From the IMG/VR virus record IMGVR_UViG_3300029267_006021: DNA of 64,000 bases; one strand, 5' to 3'. The position numbers and the translations under genes are program-made. Shown here in pieces: positions 28,598 through 36,960 of the stretch (position 1 is its first letter; every line of letters begins with the position of its first letter). The DNA is from a virus. The notes under the pieces are model-generated. The model saw only the letters and a list, made by a program, of their open reading frames with translations. It searched no databases and was not told where the DNA came from.

Positions 28598-28756
28598 TTA
28601 TTCCACTTCATGAAACTCAATCTTGATGTCGAAAGCTGTACCACATCCTGGGCAGACCCATCGAAAGGTTCCCTGAACATACTCTCGACTCTTAATTTCT
28701 CCCTTAGCATCCTGCCATGTCCCACAGGCGGGACAATAAACAGCTAGATTATTCAT
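28598..28756 (-). CDS. Zinc-ribbon protein (52 aa)
   Basis: Not in the ORF track. MNNLAVYCPACG...CPGCGTAF with AAGGAG RBS. Confidence 0.65.
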   Translation of the reverse strand: MNNLAVYCPACGTWQDAKGEIKSREYVQGTFRWVCPGCGTAFDIKIEFHEVE

Positions 28757-28819
28757 AATTGCTCCTTTGAGAGATCTTGTGGCTTAACAGGATGACAAAC
28801 GGAGCATATTCATACACAA

Positions 28820-29107
28820 CTATCCTTGACCAATCTCATCAAAAATAGAAAAGGTATCTGCTAAATCTCGCAAGCGTTCTTGGCACTTCTCAAGGATCAC
28901 AAATTCATCTAAATCACTATAAGTCTCATCATTTTCTGAATCCCAAATGACTTCATGTCCTAACATAATCTGATAATAACAAGCCAATGGCGCGCACATA
29001 AAAGCAAATGCTGGGGCATCTTCGCTTTTGTTAAGTAACGTCTCTTCATAGGTCTCACTAAGATACCTGACAATACGGCAAACCTCTCTTAGTGTTTCGT
29101 CGGCCAT
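28820..29107 (-). CDS. Hypothetical protein
   Basis: AGGAG RBS, TAATG coupling. Confidence 0.65.
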   Translation of the reverse strand: MADETLREVCRIVRYLSETYEETLLNKSEDAPAFAFMCAPLACYYQIMLGHEVIWDSENDETYSDLDEFVILEKCQERLRDLADTFSIFDEIGQG

Positions 29108-29373
29108 TATTTATCTCCTAAAGATTTTAACGCCATCTCAGATTCATCCCAACCCTTCTCCCAACATAATCTTAGTATGTGATCCTGGGGTTCCAGGTAG
29201 AGCATGTAACTCTCGTCTCTTGAAATCCCATCCTTATGTGCCCAAACGCCCCGCCAATAGTTTTGCTCATCTTCAGTTCTTCGATTATACTCAATCGAGG
29301 CCCAGACTTTATCATGATCTGATTTATCTTGACGCCAGAATGCTCTCCATGCTCTTTGTAGACGTGACCACAT
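29107..29373 (-). CDS. Hypothetical protein (Rmf-like W..GW motif)
   Basis: YWRG...CWEKGW. GAGG RBS. Confidence 0.6.
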   Translation of the reverse strand: MWSRLQRAWRAFWRQDKSDHDKVWASIEYNRRTEDEQNYWRGVWAHKDGISRDESYMLYLEPQDHILRLCWEKGWDESEMALKSLGDK

Positions 29374-29385
29374 AAATTCGCCTCT

Positions 29386-29613
29386 TCACTTGATATCGAT
29401 CTCTCTTTCAACTACCCGGACGTAATCTTCTTCACTAGAATACCTAGCATAGAAGAGCCAATCGGAGATCTGACTCTCTTCGTAGATCTCTGGAGAGCCG
29501 CAGTATTCCTTGGCAGTTTTCCTGGCGTAATCAATGGCTTTTTCATCTGAACTAAAAGCTTCAACCTCGATATCTGTATGGCGATCATTAATTAAAACGA
29601 TGTAGACTTTCAT
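29386..29613 (-). CDS. Hypothetical phage protein
   Basis: MKVYIV... with AAAGG RBS. Confidence 0.7.
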   Translation of the reverse strand: MKVYIVLINDRHTDIEVEAFSSDEKAIDYARKTAKEYCGSPEIYEESQISDWLFYARYSSEEDYVRVVEREIDIK

Positions 29614-29661
29614 GTATTAACCTTTCAAGTTTGTTATTTTACAAGAGAGGTTTGTAATTGT

Positions 29662-31842
29662 TTACTCGAGAAAAGGCTCTTCATCATCTAAACATAAATC
29701 TGAAGGGCCATCTTTCATGATCTCTTCTATTGTTTCTTTTGGTAAATTAAATAGTTGTTTCGTGGTTATAGTCTTTTTCTTTCTATAATCTCGGACTAAA
29801 TGTTTATGTTCTGAATTAAGGACCCAAAACTCACCACAGAATTCCTTAGTCAAACGCAAAGCTTCCTCAGAATTCTCAAATAAGAAATCTTCCCAAATAA
29901 CTAAACATTCTAAACCAAGCTTTTTATAGATAAGTATATGATCTCTTTCTGCTTTCGGTCTATCTATTCCAGGACGTGTTGAGTGGGGATGTACACCAAA
30001 AGTCTCAATCACCTTTTTTGAAAGTTTTATAGGTTGAACAATAAAATCTGGACAATGTGATCTGCGGGTTCCAGATTCCCTTCTCCAAAAACTACCACCT
30101 CCAACATAGGTGATATGTTCGGGAGTCAAGTCATCAAAAAGACATTCACATCTTGTCTTTATAGGGTATAAGCCGGAAACTCGATTATACAACTGAAAAG
30201 GATTCTCTACGCCATATTTTAAAAAACAAGTCTCTTTTGCTTTTTGTTGTCTTTGTTGAACAAAATTAGGATCCTTAAATTTTTGCTTATTCTCTTCAAT
30301 AAAATTAGGATCCTTAAAAGGGTTATCGACCCCTAATGTCTCTAAATTTGTTTTCTTACGCTCCTCTAAAACTTCTGAGCATTCTAATTGATACTCTGGA
30401 AACCTACTCATAAATTCGTCAACTGTGAGATTATGTTTTGAAAGATGAAGATCTAGCTTTCTATGTCTGTTTGGTTTATTTTCAGCCTTACAAAGAGGGC
30501 ATACAACATAATCTTTACCTTCTACCATATTCGATGAGTAAAGATAGCGGCCTAAAATTCGATCAAGTTCTCCTCTTTTAATATATCTACAACGTGAAAG
30601 ATGATTTGCCATAACTCCAATAAAATTCTTATCTGGCTTTTCAGTAATAATTGAGCCACAAGGACACTCAAAATATAGAATGCCCTTTTCTTTAAGATCT
30701 TCTATTTTTAAATCTGTATTCTTAGGTTTGGGTTGAGAACGAATTGGACAATCTGGATAAACTAACCTGTAATCTTCAACAGAAATAGAATGAAATCTTT
30801 TTAAATGGGAAACGAGATCTTCATATCGTCTCAAAGGATTACCTAATACCTCACAAAGTTTGCAAATAACATAATCTTCATTTTCTTTAGCTTCTGGATG
30901 GTAGAGACCTAATTTCAAAACGTAGTCTCTACCAGTAGAAGATTGAGAATATAGCGGATCAATTTTTCTACTGCATTCCGAATCTTGTCTAATTAAATGC
31001 CAACCCAAATAATTCAAATTAGGGAACTCTTCTTCACAAACAGGGCAAATATAAGGACCTCTAGGGTCGTAACGAGGTTCCTTAGGTATGGGTTTTTCTA
31101 CTCCTCTATCTCTCCAAGATTGTGTTGTATTTTCAATTCGTGTTTTAACTAAATTTTCACAAATAATAGGTGCATCCGGATAAGCAGTTTGATATTGTTC
31201 TTTATTTAAACCATGTACTGTCAGATGAAAAGATAATAATGTATAACGATTAGAGAGTTTGTTTTGTTCTCTACAAACCTGACACACTACATAATCTTTG
31301 TTTTCTATGGCCGTAGAAGCATATAGACCTTGTTTAAAGATGTAATCAAAGTCTTCTTCAAAATAGAGTTTTGGCACTTTAGATTTACATTCAGAAACAT
31401 TAATATGTTTTGCAAAACCTTTTCTACTATTAAATCTTTTATTACAAGCAGGACAGGGATAGGGTTTTTCTTTCTCTTCTTGGGTTTTCTTTTGTTTGTG
31501 ATAAACGCAATGCTGTTTATGTGAACTTAAACTTCGTTTCGACTTAAATCTGTGAAGCTTTTCTTTGTTTCTCTTACATAATTCACAAATAATGTAGTCT
31601 TTACCTTCTATTGCATCGGGATAATAAAGACCTTCTTTAAAGAAATAATCATGGTCTTCAGTGAAATATTCTTTGGGAATTTTAGACTTACATTTGGAGG
31701 TTCTAAAGTGAGCAAAAAGAGATTTCCTATTTGGGTAGACCTTTTCGCAGGATGGGCAGGTATAAGGACCTTGTTTTGTTAGGAAGTTTCTATTTGTTGA
31801 TTGATTTCTATTTGTTGATTGGCCTTGACTTCGGGCTGGCAT
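29662..31842 (-). CDS. Multi-zinc-finger protein with C-terminal endonuclease (homing endonuclease-like)
   Basis: Four repeats of a Y.CP.C...H...E..DY..C..C module, KYGVENPFQ repeats, CPDF...KVIETFG...LVIWE nuclease. Confidence 0.75.
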   Translation of the reverse strand: MPARSQGQSTNRNQSTNRNFLTKQGPYTCPSCEKVYPNRKSLFAHFRTSKCKSKIPKEYFTEDHDYFFKEGLYYPDAIEGKDYIICELCKRNKEKLHRFKSKRSLSSHKQHCVYHKQKKTQEEKEKPYPCPACNKRFNSRKGFAKHINVSECKSKVPKLYFEEDFDYIFKQGLYASTAIENKDYVVCQVCREQNKLSNRYTLLSFHLTVHGLNKEQYQTAYPDAPIICENLVKTRIENTTQSWRDRGVEKPIPKEPRYDPRGPYICPVCEEEFPNLNYLGWHLIRQDSECSRKIDPLYSQSSTGRDYVLKLGLYHPEAKENEDYVICKLCEVLGNPLRRYEDLVSHLKRFHSISVEDYRLVYPDCPIRSQPKPKNTDLKIEDLKEKGILYFECPCGSIITEKPDKNFIGVMANHLSRCRYIKRGELDRILGRYLYSSNMVEGKDYVVCPLCKAENKPNRHRKLDLHLSKHNLTVDEFMSRFPEYQLECSEVLEERKKTNLETLGVDNPFKDPNFIEENKQKFKDPNFVQQRQQKAKETCFLKYGVENPFQLYNRVSGLYPIKTRCECLFDDLTPEHITYVGGGSFWRRESGTRRSHCPDFIVQPIKLSKKVIETFGVHPHSTRPGIDRPKAERDHILIYKKLGLECLVIWEDFLFENSEEALRLTKEFCGEFWVLNSEHKHLVRDYRKKKTITTKQLFNLPKETIEEIMKDGPSDLCLDDEEPFLE

Positions 31843-32006
31843 AAGGAAAGTGAAACCTCCCCTCTCATAAGTTTTAGAATTAAATGCTCTAAAATCGCAT
31901 TTTTGGGTATCCTATTGAGTTTTGCATAGGCATTGAGAAATTTGAGTATAGTTGGGTCGAGTGTTGTGAATACTGGTATTTTTTTGATTTTATTGGGTTT
32001 TTGCAT
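31779..32006 (-). CDS. Ribbon-helix-helix-like regulator
   Basis: VFTTLDPTILKFLNAYAK...KNAILEHLI. ATG lies 7 nt after the -10 box (leaderless). Confidence 0.6.
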   Translation of the reverse strand: MQKPNKIKKIPVFTTLDPTILKFLNAYAKLNRIPKNAILEHLILKLMRGEVSLSLCQPEVKANQQIEINQQIETS

Positions 32007-32012
32007 GTTTAT

Positions 32013-32049
32013 ATTATACTCTATAGGGGAGATATAGATCAAGGGATTT
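32013..32049 (-). promoter_or_regulatory. Sigma70-type promoter TTGATC-N18-TATAAT
   Basis: -35 at 32037-32042, -10 at 32013-32018. Confidence 0.7.
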
Positions 32050-32080
32050 CTGAAAGTATTCTCAAAAAATTTTTTATACT

Positions 32081-33457
32081 CTAGTAACCTCTCACGTTAA
32101 ATGAGGCATAGTTGCGAGGCGAGACAACGCCAGATTTATTGAATGGACCAAGATGAACACTCAAGCCTATTCCGTACCTGGGCATATTTAAACCCTTCAT
32201 TATATGAATGGACTTCTTGTACTGCTCGACCATCTTGTCAAACATCCCTTCGGCATTATTCTTCAAGCTCTCATACTTTGCACTCTTGTCTATATCCAAT
32301 GATATTGCACTGATACTGTACGAGTTATGAGCTAAAATTCCATTGGATAACATAAAATTTTCATTTCCAGGAACAGATAAATCAAACATAAACTCATGTG
32401 GTTCAGATTCAATTATACTCCTCAACTCCTCAGCAACAATTTTATCATTCTCGATCACTACAATTTTATCATCAATATCTAAATTTCTGGGCTGTATCTC
32501 TCTTAAAAAATCATCTTCTAAGGCAAATAAACTATGATCCTCTGTTGTGGTGATTTTTCTACCTTTCTCTGTTATACATGTAAAAGTCCGTTTATAAGGG
32601 ACTTTATGTCGCAGAACGTCACTTATACTCTCATATGTAACTTTACCGTCTAGAGATGAAGATTTGACACATAATTTATTTGCCTCAAAACTTAATTTAA
32701 TTTTATGTTCCGCAGGACTAGTAACTATTTCCCAAAGATCTCCAATAGTTATCCGAATTTCTTCACCGTCTTCCAACATTAGATCCAATTCAGAATCTGC
32801 TGCAACTGAGAACTCGTCGAGAACCCAATTGGCTGCCCGAGCCATAAACGCGTACGTAGAAGCACCTATAGTAATCATCGTACGCATGTTTAACAGCATG
32901 TTATCTAAAGACCAATCAGTCTCAGGCGGATACATATTCACCCGATCCAAAGCCATTTGTAAATATTCAGATAGCTCATAATCTTCCCAAATATATCCAA
33001 AAGTTCGAGTTAAATTTTGAATCTCATCCTCTGAACTGGGAGGAGCAAAACGATAATTACGATCCGGATTATTGTCACGTAACAAAATACGGAGACGCTG
33101 AATTAAATCAGTCACTCGCTGCGTATATAAATAAGGGCTCAAACCTCCAGAGGCTACACTAAAATCCTCAACTGCTTCCATCTCGGCACTAGAAGCAGAC
33201 TCCCAGAAATGCCAACGAATTCTATAGAGACCTACTGCTGCATCAAACGGTACCTGATAGGGAGCATAATAAAAACCAACATTAGTATGTGAAGGTATTC
33301 TTTGGAACGGCCCAATTAAAACTTCGGCTCCTTGTGTCATATCATACAAAGTATAATAAATATTATAAGCATTTGTAGGTTCGCCTATATCATTCCTTAG
33401 AGTTACATTAAGATCATTTGGCCCAAGTACTTGACCTCTTTGAAAGGTGATAGGCAT
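32081..33457 (-). CDS. Putative head-tail adaptor (neck) protein containing an intein
   Basis: LIQRLRILLRD...WEDYELSEYL...DEF|SYSISAISLDIDKS. Ig-like N-terminus. Confidence 0.65.
   Translation of the reverse strand: MPITFQRGQVLGPNDLNVTLRNDIGEPTNAYNIYYTLYDMTQGAEVLIGPFQRIPSHTNVGFYYAPYQVPFDAAVGLYRIRWHFWESASSAEMEAVEDFSVASGGLSPYLYTQRVTDLIQRLRILLRDNNPDRNYRFAPPSSEDEIQNLTRTFGYIWEDYELSEYLQMALDRVNMYPPETDWSLDNMLLNMRTMITIGASTYAFMARAANWVLDEFSVAADSELDLMLEDGEEIRITIGDLWEIVTSPAEHKIKLSFEANKLCVKSSSLDGKVTYESISDVLRHKVPYKRTFTCITEKGRKITTTEDHSLFALEDDFLREIQPRNLDIDDKIVVIENDKIVAEELRSIIESEPHEFMFDLSVPGNENFMLSNGILAHNSYSISAISLDIDKSAKYESLKNNAEGMFDKMVEQYKKSIHIMKGLNMPRYGIGLSVHLGPFNKSGVVSPRNYASFNVRGY
32324..32809 (-). mobile_element. 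Mini-intein (162 aa, no homing endonuclease)
   Basis: Starts SVAADSE, block B TTEDHSLF, block F FDLSVPGNENF, ends ILAHN followed by Ser+1. Confidence 0.9.
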
Positions 33458-33487
33458 CTCTAATCTCTGGCAGGCCTGGATTTTCTT

Positions 33488-33850
33488 CTAGACTAAACCT
33501 AGCTTCTCTTCCATCTCAACATAAGCATAAGAAATTGCTTGACTTATATCACCACTGGCAACCATATCTTCTATGTGCTGTACCTCAGAATCAGAAAAAC
33601 TCATTTCAAAAGCTTTCTTATAAAGATCTTTAATATTTGTTCCTAACTGTGTTTCAATATCATAAAGATGATCAGGAAGATCGCCAGGTTTCTCAAGTAT
33701 TTGCATCAAATCTTTTTCATATGGAAGTAACTTTTTCAAAATACCTAATAATTCTTTGTCATGTGTCGTGAGAGCAGATTCGAGTTTCTGTTCATATTCA
33801 CCAAATTCTAGCTCAGCAGCAATCTTTTTCAACTCTTTGACTGGGTCCAT
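33488..33850 (-). CDS. Acidic protein with MDPVKELKKIAAE leader
   Basis: Leader encoded by the repeat. GGAG RBS. Confidence 0.8.
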   Translation of the reverse strand: MDPVKELKKIAAELEFGEYEQKLESALTTHDKELLGILKKLLPYEKDLMQILEKPGDLPDHLYDIETQLGTNIKDLYKKAFEMSFSDSEVQHIEDMVASGDISQAISYAYVEMEEKLGLV

Positions 33851-33908
33851 TTTTTTCTCCAAAAACTAATCTCTGGCAGGTCTGGATTCTCTTCTGCGGC
33901 TTCTCATT

Positions 33909-34142
33909 TTATTTATTTTTCGTTTTCTTCTGAACCAATTTATTTAGATATCCTTGACCAATAGTATCAGTAGTTAGCCATAAAGCAACGTAGTCAGCTG
34001 TCGTACCCATCTCGTAATTATCAGCCCACTCCTCAAAAGAATCTTTTAAATCTGCCCAATAAGAAGCATCATAAAATGTCATTGACACTTCAGGATCTTC
34101 TATCTCAGCAGCAATCTTTTTCAACTCTTTAATCGGATCCAT
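33909..34142 (-). CDS. Acidic protein with MDPIKELKKIAAE leader
   Basis: Leader encoded by the repeat. GGAG RBS. Confidence 0.8.
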   Translation of the reverse strand: MDPIKELKKIAAEIEDPEVSMTFYDASYWADLKDSFEEWADNYEMGTTADYVALWLTTDTIGQGYLNKLVQKKTKNK

Positions 34143-34157
34143 TTTTTTCTCCAAAAA

Positions 34158-34724
34158 CTAATCTCTGGCTGGTCTGGATTCTCTTCTGCGGCTTCTCATT
34201 CTAGGGTCTGAAAAAGCTTGTGATTGAGCCTCTTCGCGAGCCTCTAAACATTCAGGGCATAAAGTATTACCAGGAGGTAATGGGCCTGCCCCACATTGTT
34301 GGCAATAACCTGCAGACTTTAAAAACTCGTCTAATTCTGCCGTAATTTGTTCTAGTTCATGAGACAGATGTTCTTCTATTGGAGGAGATTCCTCTTCGAC
34401 TTCCTCTATTTTTTCCTCTATCTCTTCTATCTGTTCTACATCAACAATATTTTCTTTAATCGCTACAACATGTTCTTGCATCTTGACTAAAGATTTCTCA
34501 ATCTTAGACAAGGCCTTCTGAGCGGCTTCACCTGAGGATTGTTCTTTTAAAACAGTAAGAGCATCTTGAGATTTCGTTATTTCTTTTTCCAATTTTTCAG
34601 CAACTTTTTGTATATCTTGGACTTCCTCTTTTTCTTGTTCTTCTACTGCTTCTTCAATCTCTTCAATCTTTTCATCAGTAGATAAACGATTAAGGTGCTC
34701 TGCCAATTCTTTAAGATCGAGCAT
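34158..34724 (-). CDS. Glu-rich coiled-coil protein with zinc finger
   Basis: CQQCG...CPEC. Its C-terminal MRSRRRESRPARD is part of the repeat. Confidence 0.75.
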   Translation of the reverse strand: MLDLKELAEHLNRLSTDEKIEEIEEAVEEQEKEEVQDIQKVAEKLEKEITKSQDALTVLKEQSSGEAAQKALSKIEKSLVKMQEHVVAIKENIVDVEQIEEIEEKIEEVEEESPPIEEHLSHELEQITAELDEFLKSAGYCQQCGAGPLPPGNTLCPECLEAREEAQSQAFSDPRMRSRRRESRPARD

Positions 34725-34738
34725 TATTCATCTCCAAA

Positions 34739-34930
34739 CTAATTAGGGTTCCGTGGATGTATTTCAGGAGGCAGATAATTAGGCAGCAAAATGCCCCACT
34801 CTAAACTCTGCTTTGTATTAGCCCCACGTCCCGTTACATCTGTTCTAAATTCTTGAAGATCTTCCCCAAGAGAATTTAGAACACTTAAGAGATTAAAATT
34901 CTCGCCTGACTGTGTACCATCAACACTCAT
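34739..34930 (-). CDS. Small protein, GRGANT paralog
   Basis: AAGGAG RBS. Confidence 0.7.
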   Translation of the reverse strand: MSVDGTQSGENFNLLSVLNSLGEDLQEFRTDVTGRGANTKQSLEWGILLPNYLPPEIHPRNPN

Positions 34931-34943
34931 TGGTGTCTCCTTT

Positions 34944-35156
34944 CTAGTTTTGTATCTGGCCTAAGCCTTGGTCACCCGGTGTGATAGCCTCGTAGCTGCT
35001 CATTCTGGGTGCCAACCAAACTGCTAGATCTTGGAAACCTTGAGCCTGAGTATTGGCTCCCTTACCTTTCATATTGGCAAGCCAGTAATCATTTAAATTC
35101 TGACCTGTCGGAAGATAGATATTGTAGTTGTAGTTAGCTTGATCAACATTATTCAT
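34944..35156 (-). CDS. Small protein, GKGANT paralog
   Basis: AAGGAG RBS. Confidence 0.7.
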   Translation of the reverse strand: MNNVDQANYNYNIYLPTGQNLNDYWLANMKGKGANTQAQGFQDLAVWLAPRMSSYEAITPGDQGLGQIQN

Positions 35157-35180
35157 TTTCGTCTCCTTTAAAGATCTTGC

Positions 35181-35432
35181 TTATGAATGCAAGATTGACT
35201 TCTGAGCGCGAATATAATGGACAAAGTCTAAAGCCGAAACTTTAGCATTGCCATTATAATAATCTTCCTTTAATCTGGGTATAGTCCCTGTGTCTTCAAA
35301 ATAAAAATAAACTCGATCAGTCTCTCTCACATGTTTTACTTGAGAACAACCAGCTGTTCTCAAAAAAGCACTTAAGTATAAGTCAGCTGTTTTATAAAGT
35401 TCATTCTTTGGTTGAACCATCGCTATCTCCAT
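35181..35432 (-). CDS. DUF5659-like protein
   Basis: YKTADLYLSAFL...RVYFYFE...YYNG. Confidence 0.65.
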   Translation of the reverse strand: MEIAMVQPKNELYKTADLYLSAFLRTAGCSQVKHVRETDRVYFYFEDTGTIPRLKEDYYNGNAKVSALDFVHYIRAQKSILHS

Positions 35433-35461
35433 TCAAATCTAAATATCACTTGATATAGAAA

Positions 35462-35474
35462 ATTAGTAAATTAT
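35462..35474 (-). promoter_or_regulatory. Putative phage late promoter ATAATTTACTAAT
   Basis: Heads the 35432->32081 operon. Confidence 0.65.
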
Positions 35475-35535
35475 AAGATGTATGTAATAATCTTCTTATT
35501 CCAACAACAATCAAACGATTAGGAGAGGTTTATTT

Positions 35536-36960
35536 ATGTCTTCACAGTTAGATGCTGCGCTCAAGTTTGGTCCAGAAACTTTAGCAAGTGATTCAGAAAA
35601 GACTGGATATCTTTGGGCTACTTATTCAGGCCCTACCTGGTACGTGAACCCAGATGATTCGAATGCTTATGCAACGATTAATGAAGCATCTGCTGAAGCT
35701 GACGCCACACTTGAATCTAATAAACCAATCATTATTTTACTAGCTCCTGGTAAAACTCATACTTTAGTTGACGAAAGTTTTAGCCCGGTTGTTAATAGAG
35801 ATACTCGGATACAAGCTGTCAACGCTTCTGATGGAGGTTGGTATCAAGACCCAACCACAACAATTATTGGTAACATCATACAATCTTCGGCTGCAGGACA
35901 ATCAGTAAGGCACAATTTTGAATTAGATAATGTTACTCTTACAGGCTCTATTCATTTTGCTCCTAAATGGAATTCTTTCTTTAACCACTGTGCTTTATCA
36001 GGACCATTTACTAGAGAACATGGATCTGATGGTTCTTTTATACGGATGTTCGATATTAATATGACAACAAATTGGACAGATCTAGATGCAAATGGAGGTG
36101 GAAGCAATGGAACAATTCATCTCTTTAATGCCAATCTAAACCAATTAAATGCTTCGGATATTTTTACCTTGATTGATGGAGCTGATTTAAGAGTTTTCAG
36201 TTGTCGTTTTGCTAGTTATGTTGGAAACGGAGGCCATCTATTTGATCTTTCGGGTGGTTCTAATAGCATCCGAGCATTCAACATTAATACTTTTAAATTG
36301 TCACCGGCAAATGATTTCAGCTTGGCTGTAGATTGTGCTAGCTCATCTTTCTGGGGATATGGAAAAACACTCTTTAATTGCTGGACGAATGGCGCTGGGC
36401 AATTCAATTTTGGCGTTGGTATGCATTGGGGAGATTCTAGTGGACGAATTGACTATTCTACAGATGAAGACGCCAATGAGCCAGAACCTTTAAACCCACC
36501 TAAAAATCATATGGTTTGGTATGATAATAGAACAGGCGAAGTTCTCACATGGAATGGTAGTATTTGGATTACTGGCACGCGTTATCGTAAAGAAATGGCA
36601 ATTGGTATTTCGTCAACTCCAGCTGCCGAACATGATATCGGTTGGAATATCCCCGCTAATTGCCACGCTGTCAAAGGTTCAATGAAAACTCTTAAAACGC
36701 TAACTGGGGCAGGGGGTTGCACAAAAGCAGGTTTAGGAGTCGCAGGCGACTTAGATAAATATAGTGAAACATCTAACCTCTCAGTAGGTAATCGCGTTGG
36801 GAAACTCAATCCTAATCCTTCTCCTGATGGTGGTGGAGATGATTTAAAAATTTATGCCACATCTGGAGGAGGGGTCGCAGCAGGTACTATCGCTGGATCA
36901 GGAACAGAGGACATACGATTAATGGTTTGGTATGAAGCCCCAATAATCATACCTAGTTGA
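35536..36960 (+). CDS. Putative virion fibre/spike protein, paralog B
   Basis: 474 aa, colinear with 20527..21951 (ATYSGPTWYVNPDDS identical). Confidence 0.6.
   Translation: MSSQLDAALKFGPETLASDSEKTGYLWATYSGPTWYVNPDDSNAYATINEASAEADATLESNKPIIILLAPGKTHTLVDESFSPVVNRDTRIQAVNASDGGWYQDPTTTIIGNIIQSSAAGQSVRHNFELDNVTLTGSIHFAPKWNSFFNHCALSGPFTREHGSDGSFIRMFDINMTTNWTDLDANGGGSNGTIHLFNANLNQLNASDIFTLIDGADLRVFSCRFASYVGNGGHLFDLSGGSNSIRAFNINTFKLSPANDFSLAVDCASSSFWGYGKTLFNCWTNGAGQFNFGVGMHWGDSSGRIDYSTDEDANEPEPLNPPKNHMVWYDNRTGEVLTWNGSIWITGTRYRKEMAIGISSTPAAEHDIGWNIPANCHAVKGSMKTLKTLTGAGGCTKAGLGVAGDLDKYSETSNLSVGNRVGKLNPNPSPDGGGDDLKIYATSGGGVAAGTIAGSGTEDIRLMVWYEAPIIIPS

Larger units (their letters stand above)
33460..34200. 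repeat. Direct repeats bounding gene cassettes
   Basis: 97-bp copies at 33812-33908 and 34104-34200 (5 differences by eye) and a ~30-bp partial copy at 33460-33489. Confidence 0.92.

Noticed and set aside
31787-31821. 18-bp tandem duplication (QSTNRN twice)
   Set aside because: A simple in-frame slippage duplication with no sign of further function.
33460-34200. CRISPR array
   Set aside because: The repeats are ~97 bp, contain an RBS and coding leader, and are separated by whole genes.
20527-36960. DGR or site-specific shufflon acting on the fibre paralogs
   Set aside because: No reverse transcriptase or recombinase in the window, differences are not adenine-specific, and genes between the copies keep the genome-wide orientation.
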